Assembly: GCA_913049685.1 (NCBI GenBank)
Contig: CAJWZD010000002.1
Location: 2,694-66,693, forward strand
Reading direction: 5' to 3'
DNA length: 64,000 bases
Origin: an uncultured Fidelibacterota bacterium
Lineage (GTDB): Bacteria; Fidelibacterota; Marinisomatia; Marinisomatales; TCS55
Positions within the stretch are counted from its first letter, which is position 1; the number at the start of each line of letters is the position of its first letter. Shown here piece by piece: positions 52,905 through 62,135 of this stretch. The position numbers and the translations under genes are program-made. The notes below the pieces were generated by a model. It had not been told where the DNA came from and made no database searches. It saw nothing but the letters and a program-made list of their open reading frames with translations.

Positions 52905-53431
52905 ACCGTTTAACAATTTTATGTCTTTTTATTTTTGCTTGCAACAATACCGAATTGAATAAGATTGGCGAAACGCGCGATGGATTACCTGATGCTGAAA
53001 GTTGGAATGCAACAATAACACTAACAAACAAGGGTTCAAAGAGAGCTGTTATTAAATCTGGTCACTTGCAAAAATACCAACAACGTCAATATATATTACT
53101 TGATCAAAAAGTGGACGCTGACTTTTTTAATGAAGAAGAGATATATACAAGTAATTTAAAATCTGAAATAGCGGAAATTGATGAGTCTAAAGATTTTTTG
53201 ATAGCTATGGGAAATGTTGTTGTAGTGTCGGATAGCGGTGTGTCCTTATTTACTGATACACTTTCTTGGGATAATGTTGAAGAAAAAGTTTTTACGGATG
53301 ATAGAGTTGTTTTTATTACTGAACAAAATGACACATTATATGGCATAGGATTTAAATCGGATATTGAGCTAAATAATTGGGAAATAATGCAACCCACTGG
53401 TGTTTTTCATGATGGATCAGATGAGCAATAA
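52901..53431 (+). CDS. lptC: LPS export periplasmic protein LptC
   Basis: Lipoprotein-like N-terminus, GNVVV, TDTLSWD, GIGF; lies between kdsC and lptB. Confidence 0.82.
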   Translation: MNRLTILCLFIFACNNTELNKIGETRDGLPDAESWNATITLTNKGSKRAVIKSGHLQKYQQRQYILLDQKVDADFFNEEEIYTSNLKSEIAEIDESKDFLIAMGNVVVVSDSGVSLFTDTLSWDNVEEKVFTDDRVVFITEQNDTLYGIGFKSDIELNNWEIMQPTGVFHDGSDEQ

Positions 53432-54155
53432 CCACAAAAAATTGAGCGCTGAAAAGCTTTGCAAAAAGTACGGAGATTTTTGGGCTGTAAGAGAAGTTGA
53501 TCTTGAGGTAAATAAGGGAGAAATAGTTGGGCTACTTGGTCCAAATGGTGCTGGTAAAACAACCACCTTTTATATGATAACTGGAATGATCAAACCTACT
53601 GAAGGGTCAATCTATTTAGATGGAATGGATATAACTAGGAAAGCAATGTATCAGCGAAGCAGGTTTGGTATTGGGTATTTACCTCAAGATGAGTCAATTT
53701 TTAGAAAGTTAACTGTTGAAGACAATCTTCGACTTGTTCTTGAGATGAGTAGTTTTACAAAAGAAGAGCAAAAAAATAAAATAGATCGATTATTGAGTGA
53801 TTTATCTATCGAGCATATTAGAAAAAGTAATGGTGGAAACTTGTCTGGGGGAGAAAGAAGAAGGGTTGAAATAGCAAGAACTTTGGCAATGGATCCTGAT
53901 TTTATCCTTCTCGATGAGCCATTTGCTGGAGTTGATCCAATTGCAGTTGAAGATATTCAATCTATAGTTAGTTCGCTAAAGCAAAAAAATATTGGAGTAC
54001 TAATCACTGATCATAATGTTAGAGAAACGCTATCTATCACTGATAGATCATATCTGCTGTTTGACGGTAAAATACTTAAATCAGGTACTTCAGAATTTCT
54101 TGCAAATGATGAAGAAGCAAGAAGATTGTACCTTGGAGAAAGTTTCTCGTTGTAA
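53421..54155 (+). CDS. lptB: LPS export ABC ATPase LptB
   Basis: GPNGAGKTT, LSGGERRRVEIAR, DEPFAGVDP, TDHNVRETL, YLGE. Confidence 0.96.
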   Translation: MSNNHKKLSAEKLCKKYGDFWAVREVDLEVNKGEIVGLLGPNGAGKTTTFYMITGMIKPTEGSIYLDGMDITRKAMYQRSRFGIGYLPQDESIFRKLTVEDNLRLVLEMSSFTKEEQKNKIDRLLSDLSIEHIRKSNGGNLSGGERRRVEIARTLAMDPDFILLDEPFAGVDPIAVEDIQSIVSSLKQKNIGVLITDHNVRETLSITDRSYLLFDGKILKSGTSEFLANDEEARRLYLGESFSL

Positions 54156-55498
54156 TGCCTGCCATCAAACAAAAACAATCATTAAATCAATCTCTTTCTC
54201 CGCAACAAATTCTTCAAACGTTAATTCTTCAGCTTAATACAAATTCTCTTGAGGACAAGGTATTTGAGGAGCTCGAAAGCAATCCATTGCTTGAACATTC
54301 AGATGGTTCTGGCGAAGAAGAAACTTTTGATTCAAAAGACGACATAGACTATGAAGATGATCCAGACGAATACGAACCTCACAATATTTATAGCAATGAA
54401 TCCAATAAGGATGATATTCCAATCGTTGAGCAATTAGATTTTCTTCAAGATCTCTCAAAGCAGTTAAATGAATTTAATTTATCAAAAGGCGATGAAAGTA
54501 TAGCAGAAGAAATCATATGGAATCTTGATGAGAATGGATATTTCACATTAGATGCAATTCTGATAGCAGATAAATTAAATGTTTCTAGTGAAAAGGTTGA
54601 GGAAATATTATTCTTAGTTCAAAAGCTAAACCCCCCAGGGATAGGAGCGCGCAACTTAAAAGAGTGCTTAATATTACAAATTCCTGAAAAAAAATATGAA
54701 AATCATAGAATGGTTTTATCTGAGCATTTTGAAGATTTTGTAAATCATAAATATGAGAAAATTGTTGATGCACTTGGAATTCATAATGAAGAACTAAATA
54801 AAATTATTAATGATATTAAAAGGCTAAACCCTTATCCAGGAGAAGGAAAATTAAAAGGACATAATGATTCAGTTATTCCTGATTTAATAATTACTCTGGA
54901 AAACAATAAGTGGAAAATTTCTGTTAATGATTCATGGGTATCAAATATTTCATTAAACACAAAATACTTAGAAGCGATAAAAAATAAAAAATCATCAAAA
55001 GAAACTAAGAAATATCTTAGTCAAAAATTTGATTCTGCGACGTGGCTGATTCAAGCAATCGAACAAAGACAGTCTACCCTTACAAGAGTGATGGAAGAAA
55101 TAATAAATAATCAGTCCGAATTTTTTAATGGAGATACTTCATTGATAAGACCGATGAAATTGAAAGATATTGCTAATAAATTGAATATGGATATTTCAAC
55201 AATTAGTCGCTCAACAAGAAATAAATATGTAGATACTCCATATGGTATTTTTGAGTTAAAATCTTTTTTCTCAGGTAAGCTTAATTCTGTAAATGGTGAA
55301 GAAGTAAGTATTAAGCTTGTAAAAAATTTATTGAAACAATTAATTAGGGATGAGGTAAAACAAGAACCATTAACGGATACAGATCTTGCTATCAAACTTA
55401 AAGAAAAAGGATATCCTATAGCACGAAGAACCGTTGCAAAATATAGAGAACAATTAAAATTACCTGTCGCTCGGTTACGGCGTCAGATAACTAATTAG
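54155..55498 (+). CDS. rpoN: RNA polymerase sigma-54 factor
   Basis: Q-rich region I, ELESNPLLE, STISR, ARRTVAKYRE RpoN box. Confidence 0.97.
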   Translation: MPAIKQKQSLNQSLSPQQILQTLILQLNTNSLEDKVFEELESNPLLEHSDGSGEEETFDSKDDIDYEDDPDEYEPHNIYSNESNKDDIPIVEQLDFLQDLSKQLNEFNLSKGDESIAEEIIWNLDENGYFTLDAILIADKLNVSSEKVEEILFLVQKLNPPGIGARNLKECLILQIPEKKYENHRMVLSEHFEDFVNHKYEKIVDALGIHNEELNKIINDIKRLNPYPGEGKLKGHNDSVIPDLIITLENNKWKISVNDSWVSNISLNTKYLEAIKNKKSSKETKKYLSQKFDSATWLIQAIEQRQSTLTRVMEEIINNQSEFFNGDTSLIRPMKLKDIANKLNMDISTISRSTRNKYVDTPYGIFELKSFFSGKLNSVNGEEVSIKLVKNLLKQLIRDEVKQEPLTDTDLAIKLKEKGYPIARRTVAKYREQLKLPVARLRRQITN

Positions 55499-55509
55499 AA
55501 AGGTAAATA

Positions 55510-56475
55510 ATGGCTTATAAACGAATAATTATTGGTGATCAAGAAATTAAGATACCTAAGCTATCACTTGGTGTTTTTCCATTGGTTGGCATAGCTTTAG
55601 TATTGTGGATGCTGACAGGTATATATGTTGTAGGACCTGACGAGGTTGGAGTTGTGCAAACATTTGGAAAATATTCTCGAGCAGCTCAATCTGGCTTGAA
55701 TTATCACTTTCCATTTCCCATTGAAAAAGTTAGCACTCCTAAAGTTACCGAGGTCAAGCGCATTGAAATAGGATTTAGGACTGTTGGAAAAAATCAATAT
55801 CAAACAATTGCTAGGGAAAGCTTAATGCTCACAGGTGATGAAAATATTGTTGATGCTGAAATGATTGTACAATACAAGATCAAAGACCCTGTTGCATATA
55901 CCTTCAATTTTATTGAGCCAGAATTAACTGTTAGACAAGCTTCAGAAGCCTCATTAAGGACTGTTGTTGGGCGCCATAATATTGACGAAGCATTAACATC
56001 TGGAAAATTCATGATTCAAGAAGAGTCCAAAGAGCTTATCCAAAATATTTTGGATAAATATGATACTGGAATTTTAGTTGTTGCTGTACAGCTTCAAGAT
56101 GTTAGTCCACCGGAGCAAGTTATTGCAGCTTTTAAAGATGTAGCTTCTGCTAAAGAGGACAAAAATAGAATGGTAAATCAAGCTGAAGGATATCGAAATG
56201 ATATTATTCCAAAAGCTAGAGGTGAAGCACAAGCTGAGATACGGGAAGCTGAGGGTTATAAAGAAGCTAGAATAGCAAGAGCTGAAGGCGATGTGTCTAA
56301 GTTTAATTCTGTCTTAAAAGAATATAGAAAATCGAAAGAAGTAACTGAGACAAGAATGTACTTAGAAACTGCAGAGGAAATTTTATCAAATCGAGAAAAA
56401 ATAATTGTTCCAGATGGTAAAGAAGGTAGCAACTTGATAAACCTTCTTAATCTTAAAGCAAAGGAGGGTAAATAG
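55510..56475 (+). CDS. hflK: FtsH modulator HflK
   Basis: TM helix, SPFH domain, MLTGDENIV, IIPKARGEA, TRMYLET. Confidence 0.95.
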   Translation: MAYKRIIIGDQEIKIPKLSLGVFPLVGIALVLWMLTGIYVVGPDEVGVVQTFGKYSRAAQSGLNYHFPFPIEKVSTPKVTEVKRIEIGFRTVGKNQYQTIARESLMLTGDENIVDAEMIVQYKIKDPVAYTFNFIEPELTVRQASEASLRTVVGRHNIDEALTSGKFMIQEESKELIQNILDKYDTGILVVAVQLQDVSPPEQVIAAFKDVASAKEDKNRMVNQAEGYRNDIIPKARGEAQAEIREAEGYKEARIARAEGDVSKFNSVLKEYRKSKEVTETRMYLETAEEILSNREKIIVPDGKEGSNLINLLNLKAKEGK

Positions 56476-56478
56476 ATT

Positions 56479-58256
<1,778 letters not shown>

Positions 58257-58264
58257 ATTGAATT

Positions 58265-59239
58265 ATGACAAACGATTTAAAATTGGTATCAAGAAATGTT
58301 TTAATCGGTGAAGCTGAGCAAATGATTTCTGCTGCTGATAGAATTTCTGATAAAGTTGTTGAAGCCTGTAAAATAATTGATGAACATCCAGGTAAAATAG
58401 TTATAAGTGGAATGGGAAAATCTGGGTTAATAGCCCAGAAGATTGTCTCTACTCTTTGCAGCATTGGTAATAAAGCTGTATTTCTGCATCCTGCTGAAGC
58501 TGTGCATGGAGATCTAGGTATTTATGCACCTGGTGACCCTACTATCCTTATCTCAAAAAGTGGTGCGACGGATGAAATTCTTAGGTTAATACCTATTTTA
58601 AAAGACTTTAATTCCCCTTTAATTGGTATTCTTGGTAATATGAATTCTGTTCTATCAAATGAAGTAGATTTAGCTATTGATGCCACTGTTTCAAGTGAAG
58701 TTGACCCTTTAGGCATAGTTCCAACAGCGAGCACTACTCTCACGCTAGCGATAGGTGACGCATTGGCTGCTGTTTTAATGAGTCATAAAAATTTCAAGCG
58801 TGAAGATTTTGCGAAGCTTCATCCTGCTGGCGATTTAGGTATGCGCTTGAAACTCACAGTAAAAGATATTATGCAGCCTATTGAAAAAGTAGCTATAGTT
58901 TCTCTTGAAACAAACCTGCGCAATGTTGTTATAAAAATGACAGAAAATCCGCAAGGAGCAGCATTAGTTTTAGATGAAAAAAATTCACTTTTAGGTATTG
59001 TTACTGAGGGTGATCTGCGAAGATCGTTAGCTCAGAACGTAGATATTGACAATTCAAAAGTTGAAGAAGTTATGTCTCGCGAACCAATCACTATAAATAT
59101 TAATTCATTGATGTCAGAAGTATTAACTCTGATGGAGAATAGAGAGTCACAGATATCTGTTTTACCAGTTATCGCAGATGACATGAGGTGTGTTGGGCTA
59201 ATTCGTATTCACGATATTTATCAAACACGATTGCTGTAG
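58265..59239 (+). CDS. kdsD: Arabinose 5-phosphate isomerase (KpsF/GutQ, SIS plus 2 CBS domains)
   Basis: GMGKSG, HPAEAVHGDLG, PTASTT, HPAG, CBS pair. Confidence 0.93.
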   Translation: MTNDLKLVSRNVLIGEAEQMISAADRISDKVVEACKIIDEHPGKIVISGMGKSGLIAQKIVSTLCSIGNKAVFLHPAEAVHGDLGIYAPGDPTILISKSGATDEILRLIPILKDFNSPLIGILGNMNSVLSNEVDLAIDATVSSEVDPLGIVPTASTTLTLAIGDALAAVLMSHKNFKREDFAKLHPAGDLGMRLKLTVKDIMQPIEKVAIVSLETNLRNVVIKMTENPQGAALVLDEKNSLLGIVTEGDLRRSLAQNVDIDNSKVEEVMSREPITININSLMSEVLTLMENRESQISVLPVIADDMRCVGLIRIHDIYQTRLL

Positions 59240-59240
59240 T

Positions 59241-60140
59241 TTATTTATAAGACTCCCATCTCACCTCGTAGGTTCTGTATGAAACCTTATCTTTGCTATC
59301 AAGAGGTATGATAATTTTAAATTCACTCATTGAGCCTGGCTCTAAAGAAGTAGCCGATTTAATGCCTGTATAATATTTTGTGTTTTGACCTGAAACAAAA
59401 ACAGAATCCTTGTATAGAAGCTGAGTAGTTGGCGACCACAGGCTTGCTATAATTCTCACAAAATCAGCTCGCTTTGTACCTATATTTTTTAACGAACCAA
59501 CTATTTCTTCTCTATCAGTATAAATATCTACAAAAGGCTCAGCTAGCAGCTCAACTTTTGCAGATGGAGGAAGATCTTCTACAATATCAATAATTTTATC
59601 TTTTTCAATTGCAAGTTGTCCTATGCTTGTTTGAACAATTATTCCCAAATCATCTTCTTCAATAATTTCACCGTTTACTACGGTCCCATTTTGCAGTTCA
59701 ATGCGATGTCTTAATTGGGGAATTTTGATTAGATCTAGAAGCTCCTCATTAATATTTGGCATTGATCCTTTGCCTTCTTCGTAGACAGAAATAATTTTTT
59801 TTAATGAGTCAACTTGTTGACGTAAAACATCAATACTAGACTTTATTTCAAAAAAAGGCTCTCCACTTTCAAGCCTATCTATAGTTTTGCTTGCAGGGTC
59901 TCTTATTAGTGGGAGTTGTTTAGCTGTATTCAGGGAATCAATTTTTTCATTTTCATTTATAGAATAGACAGCTGAAGCGGGGGGATTGTCTAGCGGTATC
60001 GCTATGGTATCTATCGTTGAAGAGTCGGGCTTTTGAATAGACGTATTTAAAACCTCTTCGTTATTTACTAATGATGTATCGATTTCTTGTGAGTGCGCCA
60101 TCGCTAATAAAATTGTTGAAATTAATAATAGTCTATTCAT
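59241..60140 (-). CDS. Exported hypothetical protein with low-complexity N-terminus and C-terminal FxLYD-like Ig domain
   Basis: Signal peptide; VGSLKNIG..ADFVRI..LEPG...F pattern. Confidence 0.6.
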   Translation of the reverse strand: MNRLLLISTILLAMAHSQEIDTSLVNNEEVLNTSIQKPDSSTIDTIAIPLDNPPASAVYSINENEKIDSLNTAKQLPLIRDPASKTIDRLESGEPFFEIKSSIDVLRQQVDSLKKIISVYEEGKGSMPNINEELLDLIKIPQLRHRIELQNGTVVNGEIIEEDDLGIIVQTSIGQLAIEKDKIIDIVEDLPPSAKVELLAEPFVDIYTDREEIVGSLKNIGTKRADFVRIIASLWSPTTQLLYKDSVFVSGQNTKYYTGIKSATSLEPGSMSEFKIIIPLDSKDKVSYRTYEVRWESYK

Positions 60141-61266
60141 CTAAAGATGACGCATTTTTATGAGCTTCAAATGTTCTTCGATGGATTTCTTGTTCATAAT
60201 CAGGGTAAGCGCCAAGATTCCTAACTGTTTTAATAACAGGAGCATGAAGTTTGTATTGATTATAATCAGATAAAATAGGTAGCAAAGAAGGCACTACTGA
60301 CTCATCACTAATATCAGCAATCTTTTCAATCGCCTTACTTCTGATTTCTAGTGGATAGCTATCATTCTTTGCAATTTCAATAACGGCTTTTCTTATTTCT
60401 GGATCATCAAATTCACCAAGCGCTTCAAGCAGTGTATTTAATATATTATAATATTGATCTTTTCCAGTTCTATAGGTTTGTAAAAGGGCTAAAACTAAGC
60501 TCTCTTCTTTTACCCCCCTCATTGTATTTAGTGCAAAATCTCTCACTTCAAGATTAGTTTCAGGGTCTCCTAACAACTCTGCAAAAGCACCTGCAACTTG
60601 AGATGGGTCTTTTTTACCCAATATTTCTAAAGCCCTGTTACGAATTCCTAGCTTTACAAACGGATCTCGAGATATTTGCGTGAGAATAGGCACAACCTCA
60701 TCAGTACCTAAAGCGCCTAAAGTTTCGGTTAGAAGCTTCTCAGTTCGATTAAAATTACTTCTGCTAACCTCATAAAGATCGAGCAATGCCATCACCTGAT
60801 CTTTAGTTCGAACTTTATTCAAATTTTTGACTAACGAAAGTTCAAGTTCGTTTGTCTTTTCTTCAACTTTATTCATGGCGCTTATCATAGCGTCAGCAGC
60901 TTTAGGGTCATCTCTAAACTCTGCCAATAGCTCAATTGAGCCAATCATAAATGTTACATCAAGTGCAGCGGCTTCGCCAACTGCCTCTGATAAAGCATTC
61001 AAAGCTGTTGGGTGCTGTGTTTCTGCCAGAGCTACACCAGCTGCCATCCTAACATCGTAAGGCTGGTTCGTATCATTATAAATAGCAATCATTTCTTCTA
61101 ATGCCTGTAATTTCCCCTCGCTAAAAGCAGTGCTTAGATTTTCTATTAATTCATAGGATATATCATCATTCGACTTTCGTGAAGGAAGAAGTTTTTTTAT
61201 TGTTGAGCATCCTTCAAAAAATAATAGACTAAAAATTATTATAAATATTAAGTTATTTTTTTTCAT
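60133..61266 (-). CDS. HEAT-repeat lipoprotein
   Basis: Lipobox FEGC; VRMAAGVAL, IRNRALEILG, VRDFAL, IRSKAI repeats. Confidence 0.75.
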   Translation of the reverse strand: MKKNNLIFIIIFSLLFFEGCSTIKKLLPSRKSNDDISYELIENLSTAFSEGKLQALEEMIAIYNDTNQPYDVRMAAGVALAETQHPTALNALSEAVGEAAALDVTFMIGSIELLAEFRDDPKAADAMISAMNKVEEKTNELELSLVKNLNKVRTKDQVMALLDLYEVSRSNFNRTEKLLTETLGALGTDEVVPILTQISRDPFVKLGIRNRALEILGKKDPSQVAGAFAELLGDPETNLEVRDFALNTMRGVKEESLVLALLQTYRTGKDQYYNILNTLLEALGEFDDPEIRKAVIEIAKNDSYPLEIRSKAIEKIADISDESVVPSLLPILSDYNQYKLHAPVIKTVRNLGAYPDYEQEIHRRTFEAHKNASSLDE

Positions 61267-61999
61267 CTTTTTTCCAAAAATGAAGTCTTAAGTCATTTCC
61301 ATCAAATTTTCCATATGAAAAGAAGCTTAGCCAATCCCCTAAAATGAGAAGTTTGCCATTTTTCATATCTAATTCTTTTGCTTGGTGGTAATGACCAGAA
61401 ATAAAATAATCACAACCACCATCCAAAAAGGGCTTTGATTGAATTTTCATCTCATCTAGAATCTTTTTGTTATATTCTTTTGTATGTACATAATGATCAC
61501 CTTTTTTTGATACCCAATTAGCAAATGAATAGCCAATTCTAGGGTGCAAAGATCTGTAAAACCAAATAAATAAATGTGAACGTATAAACTTTTTTAATGC
61601 TCTATAGCTTTTATCCCAGGAAAGAAAGCCATCACCATGAGTAATATAAAAAGTCTTTTCACCTACTTTAAGTTTAACATCATCATCGTATACTTTATCG
61701 AACAGAGTATCATTAATGAAATCCATGACCCAGTAATCATGATTACCAAGGACATAATGCACTCTTACACCAGATTCTCTTAACTTGAGGATTTGATAAT
61801 AAAAAGGTGCATAAACCTTTGGAATTACATCCTTATATTCAAAATAGAAATCAAAAAGGTCGCCATTAATTATTAATGTCCCCCCTGTTTTCCTAACATG
61901 ATCAAAAAAATTGAACAGAATTTCTTCACGCTCAACTTCCTTCTTGGTGCGGTTTAACATCAAATGAATGTCGGAAATGAAATATATTGGTAAATCCAT
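61253..61999 (-). CDS. lpxH: UDP-2,3-diacylglucosamine diphosphatase
   Basis: ISDIH, GDLFD, GNHD, THGD, GHYH, GDW metallophosphoesterase motifs. Confidence 0.85.
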   Translation of the reverse strand: MDLPIYFISDIHLMLNRTKKEVEREEILFNFFDHVRKTGGTLIINGDLFDFYFEYKDVIPKVYAPFYYQILKLRESGVRVHYVLGNHDYWVMDFINDTLFDKVYDDDVKLKVGEKTFYITHGDGFLSWDKSYRALKKFIRSHLFIWFYRSLHPRIGYSFANWVSKKGDHYVHTKEYNKKILDEMKIQSKPFLDGGCDYFISGHYHQAKELDMKNGKLLILGDWLSFFSYGKFDGNDLRLHFWKKDEKK

Positions 62000-62005
62000 G
62001 CCTAT

Positions 62006-62035
62006 AAAGTAATATTTTACTTAGAGGACAGTCAA
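62006..62035 (-). promoter_or_regulatory. Putative sigma70 promoter of lpxH (leaderless)
   Basis: Minus strand TTGACT-N18-TACTTT, then 6 nt, then ATG. Confidence 0.55.
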
Positions 62036-62050
62036 TCATCAAACTTTATT

Positions 62051-62082
62051 ATTAATTTTGCAGTTTAAATTGCAAAATTAAT
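62051..62082. promoter_or_regulatory. 32-bp near-perfect palindrome between divergent genes
   Basis: ATTAATTTTGCAGTTT/AAATTGCAAAATTAAT with one mismatched pair. Confidence 0.55.
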
Positions 62083-62135
62083 CTATGCCTTCGAATTTAT
62101 GGAACTTAAGCTCTAAATTAGACTTTATTAATATT

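Noticed and set aside
62040..62082. Sigma-54 promoter suggested by TTGCA
   Set aside because: No GG at the -24 position
62101..62130. GGAACTT sigmaE-like -35 upstream of the peptidase gene
   Set aside because: No matching -10 (TCAAA/GTC/CGT) at the expected spacing
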